This document shows positions 24,101 to 36,544 of a DNA stretch of 64,000 bases, piece by piece. A model generated the notes under the pieces. That model was not told where the DNA came from, searched no databases, and saw nothing but the letters and a program-made list of their open reading frames with translations. Positions within the stretch are counted from its first letter, which is position 1, and every line of letters starts with the position of its first letter. The translations under genes were made by a program, and so were the position numbers. The stretch is from Eledone cirrhosa (lineage: Eukaryota), in NCBI GenBank assembly GCA_964016885.1, contig OZ024752.1, forward strand, positions 38,750,001 through 38,814,000, in the 5' to 3' direction.

Positions 24101-27100
24101 CTATGGCCTCAGAGCATCAGATACTATGGCCTCAAAGCATCAAATACTATGGCCTCAGAGCATCAGATACTATGGCCTCAGAGCATCAGATACTATGGCC
24201 TCAGATACTATGGCCTCAGAGCATCAGATACTATGGCCTCAGAGCATCAGATACTATGGCCTCAAAGCATCAGATACTATGGCCTCAGAGCATCAGATAC
24301 TATGGCCTCAGAGCATCAGATACTATGGCCTCAGAGCATGAGATACTATGGCCTCAAAGCATCAGATACTATGGCCTCAGAGCATCAGATACTATGGCCT
24401 CGAAGCATCAGATACTATGGCCTCAGAGCATCAAATACTATGGCCTCAGAGCATCAGATACTATGGCCTCAGAGCATCAAATACTATGGCCTCAGAGCAT
24501 CAGATACTATGGCCTCAGAGCATCAAATACTATGGCCTCAGAGCATCAGATACTATGGCCTCAGAGCATCAGATACTATGGCCTCAGAGCATCAAATACT
24601 ATGGCCTCAGAGCATCAGATACTATGGCCTCAGAGCATCAGATACTATGGTCTCAGAGCATCAAATACTATAGCCTCAGAGCATCAAATACTATAGCCTC
24701 AGAGCATCAAATACTATGGCCTCAGAGCATCAAATACTATGGCCTCAGAGCATCAAATACTATGGCCTCAGAGCATCAGATACTATGGCCTCAGAGCATC
24801 AAATACTATGGCCTCAGAGCATCAGATACTATGGCCTCAGAGCATCAAATACTATGGCCTCAGAGCATCAAATACTATGGCCTCAGAGCATCAAATACTA
24901 TGGCCTCAGAGCATCAGATACTATGGCCTCAAAGCATCAGATACTATGGCCTCAGAGCATCAGATACTATGGCCTCAAAGCATCAGATACTATGGCCTCA
25001 GAGCATCAGATACTATGGCCTCAAAGCATCAGATACTATGGCCTCAGAGCATCAAATACTATGGCCTCAGAGCATCAGATACTATGGCCTCAGAGCATCA
25101 AATACTATGGCCTCAGAGCATCAAATACTATGGCCTCAGAGCATCAAATACTATGGCCTCAGAGCATCAGATACTATGGCCTCAGAGCATCAGATACTAT
25201 GGCCTTGAAGCATCAGATACTATGGCCTCAGAGCATCAGATACTATAGCCTCAGAGCATCAGATACTCTGGCCTCAAAGCATCAGATACTATGGCCTCAG
25301 AGCATCAGATACTATGGCCTTGAAGCATCAGATACTATGGCCTCAGAGCATCAGATACTATGGCCTTGAAGCATCAGATACTCTGGCCTCAGAGCATCAG
25401 ATACTATGGCCTCAGAGCATCAGATACTATAGCCTCAGAGCATCAGATACTATGGCCTCAAAGCATCAGATACTATGGCCTCAGAGCATCAGATACTATG
25501 GCCTTGAAGCATCAGATACTCTGGCCTCAGAGCATCAGATACTATGGCCTCAAAGCATCAGATACTATGGCCTCAAAGCATCAGATACTATGGCCTCAGA
25601 GCATCAGATACTATGGCCTCAAAGCATCAGATACTATGGCCTCAGAGCATCAGATACTATGGCCTCAAAGCATCAGATACTATGGCCTCAAAGCATCAGA
25701 TACTATGGCCTTGAAGCATCAGATACTATGGCCTCAAAGCATCAGATACTATGGCCTCAAAGCATCAGATACTATGGCCTTGAAGCATCAGATACTATGG
25801 CCTCAAAGCATCAGATACTATGGCCTCAGAGCATCAGATACTATGGCCTCAAAGCATCAGATACTATGGCCTTGAAGCATCAGATACTATGGCCTCAGAG
25901 CATCAGATACTATGGCCTCAGAGCATCAGATACTATGGCCTCAGAGCATCAGATACTATGGCCTCGAAGCATCAGATACTATGGCCTCAGAGCATCAAAT
26001 ACTATGGCCTCAGAGCATCAGATACTATGGCCTCAGAGCATCAGATACTATGGCCTCAGAGCATCAGATACTATGGCCTCAGAGCATCAGATACTATGGC
26101 CTCAGAGCATCAGATACTATGGCCTCAGAGCATCAGATACTATGGCCTCAGAGCATCAGATACTATGGCCTCGAAGCATCAGATACTATGGCCTCAGAGC
26201 ATCAGATACTATGGCCTCAGAGCATCAGATACTATGGTCTTGGAGCATCAGATACTATGGCCTCAAAGCATCAGATACTATGGCCTCGAAGCATCAGATA
26301 CTATGGCCTCAGAGCATCAGATACTATGGCCTCAGAGCATCAGATACTATGGCCTCAGAGCATCAGATACTATGGTCTTGGAGCATCAGATACTATGGCC
26401 TCAAAGCATCAGATACTATGGCCTCGAAGCATCAGATACTATGGCCTCAGAGCATCAGATACTATGGCCTCAGAGCATCAGATACTATGGCCTCAGAGCT
26501 ACAGATACTATGGTCTTGGAGCATCAGATACTATGGCCTTGAAGCATCAGATACTATGGCCTTAGAGCATCAGATACTATGGCCTCAGAGCATCAGATAC
26601 TATGGCCTTGAAGCATCAGATACTATGGCCTCAGAGCATCAGATACTATGGCCTCAGAGCATCAGATACTATGGCCTCAAAGCATCAGATACTATGGCCT
26701 CAGAGCATCAGATACTATGGCCTTGGAGCATCAAATACTATGGCCTCGAAGCATCAGATACTATGGCCTCAAAGCATCAGATACTATGGCCTCAGAGCAT
26801 CAGATACTATAGCCTCAGAGCATCAGATACTATGGCCTTGAAGCATCAGATACTATGGCCTCGAAGCATCAGATACTATGGCCTCAGAGCATCAGATACT
26901 ATGGCCTCAGAGCATCAGATACTATGGCCTCGAAGCATCAGATACTATGGCCTTGAAGCATCAGATACTATGGCCTCAGAGCATCAGATACTATAGCCTC
27001 AGAGCATCAGATACTATGGCCTTGAAGCATCAGATACTATGGCCTCGAAGCATCAGATACTATGGCCTCAGAGCATCAGATACTATGGCCTCAGAGCATC

Positions 27101-30100
27101 AGATACTATGGCCTCGAAGCATCAGATACTATGGCCTCGAAGCATCAGATACTATGGCCTCAGAGCATCAGATACTATAGCCTCAGAGCATCAGATACTA
27201 TGGCCTCAAAGCATCAGATACTATGGCCTCAGAGCATCAGATACTATGGCCTTGAAGCATCAGATACTATGGCCTCAGAGCATCAGATACTATAGCCTCA
27301 GAGCATCAGATACTATGGCCTCAGAGCATCAGATACTATGGCCTCAGAGCATCAAATACTATGGCCTTGAAGCATCAGATACTATGGCCTCAGAGCATCA
27401 GATACTATGGCCTCAAAGCATCAGATACTATGGCCTTGAAGCATCAGATACTATGGCCTCAGAGCATCAGATACTATGGCCTCAAAGCATCAGATACTAT
27501 GGCCTCAGATACTATGGCCTCAGAGCATCAGATACTATGGCCTCAGAGCATCAGATACTATGGCCTCAAAGCATCAGATACTATGGCCTCAGAGCATCAG
27601 ATACTATGGCCTCAGAGCATCAAATACTATGGCCTCAGAGCATCAGATACTATGGCCTCAAAGCATCAGATACTATGGCCTCAGAGCATCAGATACTATG
27701 GCCTCAGAGCATCAAATACTATGGCCTCAGAGCATCAGATACTATGGCCTCAGAGCATCAGATACTATGGCCTCAGAGCATCAGATACTATGGCCTCAGA
27801 GCATCAGATACTATGGCCTCAGAGCATCAGATACTATGGCCTCAGAGCATCAGATACTATGGCCTCAGAGCATCAGATACTATGGCCTCAGAGCATTTAG
27901 ATACTATGGCCTCGGAGCATCAGATACTATGGCCTCAGAGCATCAGATACTATGGCCTCAGAGCATCAGATACTATGGCCTCAGAGCATCAGATACTATG
28001 GCCTCAGAGCATCAGATACTATGGTCTCAGAGCATCAGATACTATGGCCTCAGAGCATCAGATACTATGGCCTCAGAGCATCAGATACTATGGCCTCAGA
28101 GCATTTAGATACTATGGCCTCGGAGCATCAGATACTATGGCCTCAAAGCATCAAATACTATGGCCTCAGAGCATCAGATACTATGGCCTCAGAGCATCAG
28201 ATACTATGGCCTCAGAGCATTTAGATACTATGGCCTCGGAGCATCAGATACTATGGCCTCAAAGCATCAAATACTATGGCCTCAGAGCATCAGATACTAT
28301 GGCCTCAGAGCATCAGATACTATGGCCTCAGAGCATTTAGATACTATGGCCTCGGAGCATCAGATACTATGGCCTCAAAGCATCAAATACTATGGCCTCA
28401 AAGCATCAGATACTATGGCCTCAGAGCATCAGATACTATGGCCTCAAAGCATCAGATACTATGGCCTCAGAACACCAGATACTATGGCCTCAGAGCATCA
28501 GATACTATGGCCTCAAAGCATCAAAAATACTATGGCCTCAGAACACCAGATACTATGGCCTCGGAGCATCAGATACTATGGCCTTGGAGCATATATAAAC
28601 AATATGTCCTGCAGCTACTCAGAAATTCAATGTGTGAACATTAATACCTTATTGAAAATTAGGTTGGCATGAGGAAAGGCATCCTGCCAGTCTTAGAATT
28701 ACATATAAGTACATACCTCTTTTTTAGACTTTTGCTTTTCATACTTTTTCAGTTTTAAAGCAATTTCTTTCTTCTTGTGAATAATATATTCCAGAATAGC
28801 TTCTTTATCATAAAGATCGCCATCAGGTCTAAAAGAAAGAATGGATTTGAAGAATTAAGTAATCTAAATAAAACATCATCATCATCATCGTTTAACCATC
28901 CATTTTCCATGCTAGCGTGGGTTAAATTTATCAAGATAAAATACAAATGACTTATATTTAGTTCTGCCAGAAGTTGCAACCGGTAGATAGTATCAGCAAT
29001 GAAAAGACAAGTGGAAACATTGATTCCTTGGTCCGATTTGATGAGTTCGACCCTACTTGGTAAACGAATGAGGTCTGGGAACTTGTTTATTGATTCGATC
29101 AATCAATATATTGGAAAGGCGTTTCTGGAGTGAGGAATATCACAGGAAAGTCAGAGGAGCCATTAAAGTTAACATGTAGAATTTTCAGGACAGTAGAAGC
29201 CATTAAATTTAACAGGTAGTATTTTCAGGAAAGTTGGAGCCATAAAGGCTTTATCTTACATGATTATCTTACATAATATCGAATCTGTGAGATTTTAATG
29301 TTATTTATTTTGAGAACAATACCTTAATGTCAGTATGAGTGGCTAGTTATGGCCAATTTCAACAGAAAGAGGTGAGAGAATTCTGGCCGGATATAGCCGG
29401 TTTAACCATTTTAGCATTTACATTACTCTATATATATTATTGTATTTTCATGGTAAAGGCTTTACGTCACATATCAAATCTGTGAGATTTGAATGTTATT
29501 TATTTTGAGAACAATACCCTAACATCAGTATGAGTGGCTAGTAACGGCCGGTTTGAACAGAAAGAGGTGAGAGAATTCTGGCTGGATATGGCCGGTTTAA
29601 ATGTAAATGCCACTGAAGAACTGAAGAATGCTGTGGTCGTTCAGGTGTCTCAACAAAAAACACCCAGTCCACGCTGCAAAGTGGTTGTGTAGGTGTCATA
29701 ACAAAAAGCACCCAGTCCACACTGTAATGTGGTCGTGTAGGTGTCACGACAAAAAGTACCCAGTCCACACTGTAAAGTGATCATGTAGGTGTCACGACAA
29801 AAAGCACCCAGTCCACACTGTAAAGTGGTCATGTAGGTGTCATGACAAAAAGCACCCAGTCCACGCTGTAAAATGGTCATGTAGGTGTCAACAAAAAGTA
29901 CCCAGTCCACACTGTAAAGTGATCATGTAGGTGTCACGACAAAAAGCACCCAGTCCACGCTGTAAAGTGGACATGTAGGTGTCACGACAAAAAGCACCCA
30001 GTCCACACTGTAAAATGGTCATGTAGGTGTCAACAAAAAGTACCCAGTCCACACTGTAAAGTGGTCATGTAGGTGTCACGACAAAAAAGCACCCAGTCCA

Positions 30101-33001
30101 CGCTGTAAAGTAGTCGTGTAGGAGACACAGCAAAAAGTACCCAGTCCACACTGTAAAGTGGTCATGTAGGTGTCACGACAAAAAGCACCCAGTCCACACT
30201 GTAAAGTGGACATGTAGGTGTCACAACAAAAAGCACCCAGTCCACGCTGTAAAATGATCATGTAGGTGTCAACAAAAAGTACCCAGTCCACACTGTAAAG
30301 TGGTCATGTAGGTGTCACGACAAAAAAGCACCCAGACCACGCTGTAAAGTAGTCGTGTAGGAGACACAGCAAAAAGCACCCAATCCACACTGTAAAGTAG
30401 TCTTGTAGGTGTCACGACAAAAAGCACCCAGTCCACGCTGTAAAATGATCATGAAGGTGTCAACAAAAAGTACCCAGTCCACACTGTAAAGTGGACATGT
30501 AGGTGTCACGACAAAAAGCACCCAGTCCACGCTGTAAAATGATCATGTAGGTGTCAACAAAAAGTACCCAGTCCACACTGTAAATGGTCATGTAGGTGTC
30601 ACGACAAAAAAGCACCCAGTCCACACTGTAAAGTAGTCGTGTAGGAGACAGCAAAAAGCACCCAGTCCACACTGTAAAGTAGTCGTGTAGGAGACAGCAA
30701 AAAGCACCCAGTCCACGCTGTAAAGTAGTCGTGTAGGCAACACAGCAAAAAGCACCCAGCACACACTGTAAATGTGGTTGGCGTTAGGAAGGGCATCCAG
30801 CCGTAGGAAACCATCCAGAAACAGTCATATACGAGCGAGACACAGTCACTCGAACAAACTTGCCTCAAATGGGACAAACCCGTCTAACCCATGCTAGCGT
30901 GGAAGAGACATTAAACGATGAAGATGTTCCCTACACCACTTAGAAACTGAAGGGCATTACTTACGTTATGACAGGGTTCCGACAAGGCTGAAGAGTCAAG
31001 GAACAGCAATCAAAATCCTACAAAATAAATATAATGGAATGTTGTCATTATTTTTCTATCAGCTTTTTTTTATGCTGGCATGGGTTGGACAGGATTTTTT
31101 GGCTGCTATTTCTAGCAGGTCAAGAGCCAGCAGCGAGGAGCCCTTGTTTGGTCCCACTAAATACTATCATTTAGTTTAATGTTCTTACAGTTCAACCAAC
31201 AGCATGTTACACTTGTATATGTTAGATCATATGTATTGTATGGACCCATAACTCCTGAGGGAGTCGTAGAGGCAACACATAGACATTCAGCGTTTCTAGG
31301 GCATTTTAAAACCTCTTGGAGCCCATGTCTTCTCCAGGATCTGTTACATTGCAAGTGATAAAAACAATACAGTGACTTGATATGATGACAAGGTAAATTG
31401 GCAGTATCGGTAGAGGGTCGGACGCCATGCTTTCCAGCATAGTTACGTCCCTTTACGATCTGAGTTCAAATCCCGCCGAGGTTGACTTTGCCTTTCATCC
31501 TTACGGGGTCGATAAAATAAAGTACCAGTAATGCACTGGGTAATTGCTGGCCTTGTGCCTAACGTAGAAACAATTATATACCAATATAGGCGGGGGATTG
31601 GCAGTATTGGTAGAAGGTCGTACGCTATGCTTTGCAGCATAGAGTTACACCCCTTTATGGTCTGAGTTCAAATCCCGCCGAGGTTAACTTTGCCTTTCAT
31701 CCTTACGGGGGTCGATAGAATAAAGTACCAGTAATACACTGGGTAATTTGTTGGCCTTGTGCCAAAAGTAGAAACAATTATATACCAATGTAATGCTTTC
31801 TGATTTAGACACAAGGCCAGCGTTTTTGCAGGAGGGGAAAGTCGATTAAATTCGTCCCAGTGCATTACTGGTATTTTATCGACACCGTAAAGATGAAAAG
31901 CAAAGCTAACCTAGACGGAATTTGAGATCAGAACGTAAAGGGATGTAACTCTATGTCACAAAGCATGGTATCCGACGCTCAACTGATACTGCCCTTTATA
32001 ATGGGATCAGGTTCAGTTTCCTTGTAAAATATAGATATTTTATTCATCATTATCAATAATGAACTGCTCATAGCCTTGAAGGAGCCTCTATGCAAACACA
32101 TGACATACTAGAAATAACAGCTAAATTTCATCAAATCATAACCTTGTTTTAAAGAGACAAGATAGTCAAGAGTTGTTTACCTTCAATCAGCGATCTACTG
32201 GATCAGGACTAAACACTAAAAACTGTTCACCGAATCTCTTTGTATAGTTTCATACTTAATCGTGTCAGCCATGTACTTTACATCGAGATCACAGCTCCAA
32301 TACTATGGGCATGTGTTTAGAATGTCTCAGGAAAGAATCGCTGGACAGATTTTACGGGCGAAACCAACCAGTAGGTGACCCAGGGGTAGGCTCATTCCAA
32401 GCAAGATGGTTGGATAACATCGATGAGCTTTGGCTTGGGGATCCAGCTGGATCAGTTGGAAATGGTTACTTCTGACAGGACTCGTTGGAGGGAGTGTTTG
32501 AGGTGTGCCTCTACGACCTTCTCAGGAATAAGTGGGCAAAGAAGATGTATTTCATATAATCAAATCATCATCACCATTTAACATCTAGTTTCTATGCTTG
32601 CATCATAGGCTAGACAGGTCACTTTATCAGGCTAAACGTGTCTAGTGACTACATCTTGCTCATGTGATCCATTTTTGGCTTGGTCTTTCCTTCTCCATGT
32701 CAACCACTTTTATAAGGTTTTTGTCATGTCACCAGCACAACCACTTAACAGGGTGGGCTAATCCAAACAGGATGAACCTGGCATCAACTAAGAACTTCTA
32801 TATATTTTGAGAAGGAAAATGAAATCATGAGCTTCACTTCAAAACCGTTAAAGGATAGCAAAAAAAATAATAATTTACCTTCACTGAATCTTTTCCAACA
32901 CGGATACTTTTGCTACCATAGCCAGATGTTGATGTATCTTTCTTGCGTTCATGATAGGTATATACAGTACCAGCTGTGCAATTTTTGGCATGTCTTGTCA
33001 T
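10758..33001 (-). CDS. NOSIP: Nitric oxide synthase-interacting protein, complete; complement(join(10758..10829,14814..14922,15853..15923,20463..20579,21755..21873,23553..23658,28717..28828,30965..31017,32879..33001)), 293 aa
   Basis: Nine GT-AG exons total 882 nt in frame. Recognisable NOSIP motifs: [89 protein letters not shown], ending RPSMQA*. Confidence 0.96.
10910..11105. repeat. Short tandem array, about 4 copies of ATGACATGACACAGATACCAGTTTATCATTTATG...
   Basis: Direct inspection. Confidence 0.85.
11105..12477. repeat. 23-bp G-rich minisatellite (GTTGTGTGGGTTAAGGCAGGTAT), about 60 copies
   Basis: Direct inspection; a variant unit (...TTAACATAAGTAT) dominates the right end. Confidence 0.97.
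12755..13082 (-). mobile_element. SINE family A
   Basis: Reverse-complement full-length copy. Confidence 0.88.
13450..14745 (-). mobile_element. Degenerate CRE/NeSL-like (restriction-like endonuclease) LINE 3' end with about 13 tandem copies of an 81-83 bp unit
   Basis: [11 protein letters not shown]...IGAELA...[18 protein letters not shown] resembles the ET.G..G / LFQR.S.AI.RGNA..IL terminus of RLE LINEs. Unit length varies with a G run. Confidence 0.65.
14814..14922 (-). CDS. NOSIP: NOSIP coding exon 8
   Basis: cag|[36 protein letters not shown]|gttagt. Confidence 0.93.
15040..15400. repeat. 60-bp tandem array inside a piggyBac-like MITE
   Basis: Lines 15121-15400 repeat with 60-bp period. 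Confidence 0.9.
15853..15923 (-). CDS. NOSIP: NOSIP coding exon 7
   Basis: aag|[23 protein letters not shown](S)|gtaagt. Confidence 0.93.
16262..16697. repeat. 44-bp tandem array (about 10 copies) inside a piggyBac-like MITE
   Basis: TTGAACAGAAAGAAGTGAGAGAATTCTGGCTGGATACAGCCAGT unit. Confidence 0.92.
17743..18068 (+). mobile_element. SINE family A
   Basis: Copy with a small deletion after the B box; a partial minus-strand copy lies at 16695-16812. Confidence 0.85.
18315..18692 (+). mobile_element. RTE LINE 3' fragment (short-tail subfamily)
   Basis: [10 protein letters not shown]...GRPRKTW...[12 protein letters not shown], directly followed by (TGA)n. Confidence 0.9.
19383..19985 (-). mobile_element. 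RTE LINE 3' fragment (same subfamily, inverted)
   Basis: 188-aa [26 protein letters not shown]...REKRT, (ATG)n tail. Confidence 0.92.
20463..20579 (-). CDS. NOSIP: NOSIP coding exon 6
   Basis: tag|[39 protein letters not shown]|gtaaat. Confidence 0.93.
21000..21199 (+). mobile_element. RTE-type LINE 3' fragment
   Basis: [24 protein letters not shown]...[11 protein letters not shown] with a (TGA)n tail. Confidence 0.8.
21755..21873 (-). CDS. NOSIP: NOSIP coding exon 5
   Basis: cag|[39 protein letters not shown]|gtacgt. Confidence 0.92.
22070..23189. repeat. 48-bp minisatellite (about 23 copies) derived from the RTE/SINE 3' module
   Basis: CCACACTGTAAAGTGGTAGTGCTGGTGCCATAATAAAATGTACCCAGT unit. 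Confidence 0.95.
23553..23658 (-). CDS. NOSIP: NOSIP coding exon 4
   Basis: tag|[35 protein letters not shown]|gtaagt; phases 0 and 1 fit the neighbours. Confidence 0.88.
23851..28592. repeat. 23-bp satellite (AGATACTATGGCCTCAGAGCATC), about 205 copies, filling NOSIP intron 3
   Basis: Direct inspection; contiguous units with point variants and no spacers. Confidence 0.98.
28717..28828 (-). CDS. NOSIP: NOSIP coding exon 3
   Basis: tag|[37 protein letters not shown]|gtatgt. Confidence 0.93.
29633..30925 (+). repeat. 46-49 bp module array (about 24 copies) ending in an RTE-type 3' tail
   Basis: CCACACTGTAAAGTGGTCATGTAGGTGTCACGACAAAAAGCACCCAGT units, then GTTGGCGTTAGGAAGGGCATCCAGCCGTAG...CCCATGCTAGCGTGGAA...GATGAAGATG. 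Confidence 0.92.
30965..31017 (-). CDS. NOSIP: NOSIP coding exon 2
   Basis: tag|[17 protein letters not shown](T)|gtaagt. Confidence 0.93.
31395..31780 (+). mobile_element. Two adjacent copies of tRNA-derived SINE family B
   Basis: A box TGGCAGTATCGG, B box GAGTTCAAATCCC, body GCCTTTCATCCTTACGGGGTCGATAAAATAAAGTACCAG (Meta/Nin-type domain from memory). Other copies near 20702, 35500, 35690, 39527, 49455, 55452, 56333, 58185, 59996 and 60575. Confidence 0.85.
32280..32548 (+). mobile_element. Old RTE-type LINE 3' fragment
   Basis: [15 protein letters not shown]...RGR remnant with stops; related pieces near 48720-48915, 50725-50945 and 59565-59620. Confidence 0.65.
32879..33001 (-). CDS. NOSIP: NOSIP coding exon 1
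   Basis: [41 protein letters not shown] followed by a gtaaat donor. Confidence 0.95.
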
Positions 33002-35143
33002 TGTGACGATAGTAAGAAAATTTTGATCTGGCCAACAAAGTTCTGTTAGAAGAATTAAAGCAAACAATTTTTGGAATGTTTAAAAATAGGAAATGATAAA
33101 AAATGAAAAACGAAAATAACAAATAAAAACAATCAACTTAGAGAAAAAACCCATCAATTAATTTAAACATCTTAGTCAAAACAATTTATTAGAGAAACAA
33201 ATTTTAGAAGAAAGAATGGAATGTAAAATAAAATATTTTTAAAAAAAGGGAAGGGAAAGGCAAGGGCTCTAGATAAGAATACATACATAGTGATTGAATC
33301 AAGGAAAAAATATGTCACAGGAGAAAAGACATTACATCACATGATCCATGACAGGTACAATGTGTCCGATACACGGAAGAGCTGAACTCCCACTGTCATT
33401 GCATCCATCTCTCTCACCCTCCACATCTCCCTGTATTGTGAGCAAATGGGGTCCTACATGCTGGCCACCCCACAACCCCGGTGGACAGAATGGAGAAGGC
33501 GTTTCCCCCCCGAGGATGGCAAGGGAGATGCCATTCCATCTCTAGTGTCACATAAGACTGAGGAGGGTGATTGTGCTCTGGGCCTAGGGCGTGGCTGTAA
33601 TGGGGCTGCGCCCTTCAGACAAGACCGCAAAAGCATTCCCAACAACAACTACAGCAACCCCACCTCGCGAGGCTCCTTCGTCAGATGGGCCACCAATGTT
33701 CCAATCTTGTGGAAGAGCTCAGCAGTGTGGGGTCCAAGTACGTCTGAAGTGCGAACAAGGGGCCTTTTACGTAGTTGCTCAACCTGTTAGAAATAGCAGC
33801 CAAATTTCCTCAAATTACACTGAACTGTTTTAAAAAGGATGAATAGATGCAAATTATTAAAAAAAGATAAAATAGTGGATGTAGTTCTCTAAACTTCTTC
33901 CATCTTATCCTTATTCTAGCTATTATGCTCTCAGAGCATCCTGTTTATCTAAAAACTTTCAATAATAATTTTATGAAAGAACCTGTGTTATATTTTTCCA
34001 AACACCACCTTAACCCTTTCACATTACTCTATATATATTATCGTATTTTTGTGATAAAGGCTTTATCTTACATAATTATCTCACATAATATCGAATGTGT
34101 GAGATTTCGATGTTATTTATTTTCTGAACAATACCATAACATCAGTATGAGCGGCCAGTTACGGCCGGTTTGAACAGAAAGAAGTGAGAGAATTCTGACC
34201 GGATATGGCTGGTTTAAATGCTAAATGGTTAATGATAAGACAGTTACTTATATTACTAAATCCCTAAATATGAGAAAGTTTGGTATGTTATTAAATATAT
34301 CCATATATTTTATTGTTTTCAAAATCATGTGGAAATGATTAGATAGTGGCTTTCATTAGATATGTGATAATGAAAAGGTTAATAAACATTTTGAAAATTG
34401 TGTCACGTAATAAAAATAACCAGCAACTGATAAATGACAATGCACAGACTTGAAAAATTATCGAATAGGCTATGTAGCCGGTAAACCGTAAAGGGACACA
34501 ACACACATCGCTATAGTGTTTCACCAGCCCCTTCCTTCTGTTGTCTGTATCTGTTTATATATTTACGTGTAGGTGTGTGTGTGTATAACTAAAGCGTAAA
34601 GTACGTTAAGAAATGGACGACTAAATGACTTTAACTTGTTTTTTTAACAATTGATGGTGGAAAATATTTCAAATTGTCTTAACTCGGGCCTCAACTTATA
34701 GTGTCTGACACTCTTAACGGCTACATAGCCTTTTCCTTTATAATTTCAAGCTATCTATATTATCATTTCAAATTGTCTTAACTCGGGCCTCAACTCATAG
34801 TGTCTGACACTCTTAACGACTACATAGCCTTTTCCTTTATAATTTCAAGCTAGCTATCTATATTGTCAGCATATTTGTTTAGGGGAAGAAATGTGAACTT
34901 TGCTATTATGTAAGTTCATCTACATCGTTTATTTCGATATAATAAAACAATATTCTTATTTTTAAAAAAGAAAAGAAGACATTTATTTTATCATAAATAT
35001 GCGAAAAGTTTGTCTACAATAACAACTTTCTATGAAACATTCGTTGGTAATTTCTATAATATAAATAACGATTCTACATACAATAATGTCATAAACATTT
35101 ACAATATTATAATAATTTGATGTAAATATATTTACAAGCTTAC

Positions 35144-35262
35144 CTAGAGTAACTTAATAGATTTTGTCAACAAAAATAAATTCAGTTTAAAGGTTTGCTA
35201 CCATACCGGAAGTTGTTTGTTTGGTCAGCTGACACGCCGACAAATACGAATTAGCCAATAAA
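35144..35262 (-). promoter_or_regulatory. Candidate NOSIP promoter and non-coding first exon
   Basis: Minus-strand donor TAG|gtaagc at 35144/35143. ETS-type CCGGAAGT at 35206-35213 with CAGCTG and CCAAT nearby. A matching acceptor (cag, exon start 33027) lies 26 nt upstream of the ATG. Inference only. Confidence 0.4.
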
Positions 35263-36544
35263 AATCAACGTTACAACATGTTTTTTTTTCATCCCCATCA
35301 GCTGTCGTCTGCTCTCATCAGGTTTAATAACGGTTTCTGATTTAGGCACAAGGTCAGCAATTTGGGGGGAGGGGAAGTCAATTAAATGGACTCCAGTACG
35401 TGACTGGTACTTTATTTTATCTCCCAAGTAAGGATGAAATGCAAAGTGTTCAGTGCTCAGGTGCACTACAACTCATCAAAGGTGCATGTATAGTACATAG
35501 AATAATTGTTTCTACTTTTGGCACAAGGCCAGCAATTATCTCAGTGCATTACTGGTACTTTATTTTATCGACCCCGTAAGGATGAAAGGCAAAGTTAACC
35601 TCCACGGGATTTGAACTCGGGATGTAAAGGGCCATAACTCTATGCTTTGCAGCATAGAGTTATGACCCTTTACGCTCTGGGTACATAGAATAATTGTTTC
35701 TACTTTTGGCACAAGGCCAGCAATTACTCAGTACATTACTGGTAATTTATTTTATCGACCCCGTAAGGATGAAAGGCAAAGTTAACCTCGGTGGGATTTG
35801 AACTTAGACCGTAAAGGGACGTAACTATGCTGGAAAGCATGGCGTCCGACTCTCTACTGATACTTCCAATCCACCGCCCTCTGGGTACATAGAATAATGT
35901 ACAAATGTCAGGAAAGTGAACAGTGTGTGAGTTATGATTTACACACAGATAAATGCATGCGTGTGTATGGAGGGGGAATATCAGGTGTAGTGTTGGTGAA
36001 TTTCGGGAAGCATGGAAGTTTTAATACCAATCCAGACTGTTTTAGACTGTTTGTACACAGGGCAGGATTTTGATGATGATGACAATGATGATCATGAAAT
36101 AAGACAATATCGGTCTGGTTAAGACAATCACTTCACAATCTAGTTCTTTCCTACTGTGTGGAATGTTAAGCAAATGTCTTCTACTAGAGACTAAAGCATC
36201 AAACAGATCAACAGCTTGCAAGATAAATTGACAGACAGAATCTGTACAAACCTGTTGCATGGGGTGAGGCGGGGGGAAAGCATATTTGTTTCTGTGTCTT
36301 CACTTTGTATTTGACACTGCTCAGGGGTAATATCTATTTATGTCCTACATAAATAGAACATCCTTCAACTCAGCAATTTGACGTACGAAATCAGTAGCTT
36401 ACTTTAAAAAAAAGACAAGTAAGAGTTGGCATCAGGTCGTAGCATACTACCGCAAAAACTCTCTTCCAACCCATACTAGCATAGAAAAGAAAATGGTTGT
36501 AATGAGATAAGCTCTGTCAGGTTTTTTTAAATGTTCTAGAAACA

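Noticed and set aside
23851-28592. CRISPR-like array, or repeat protein from the [23 protein letters not shown] ORFs
   Set aside because: Units are contiguous with no spacers and there are no cas genes. The ORFs arise because the 23-bp unit lacks stops on one strand, and the array lies in a NOSIP intron.
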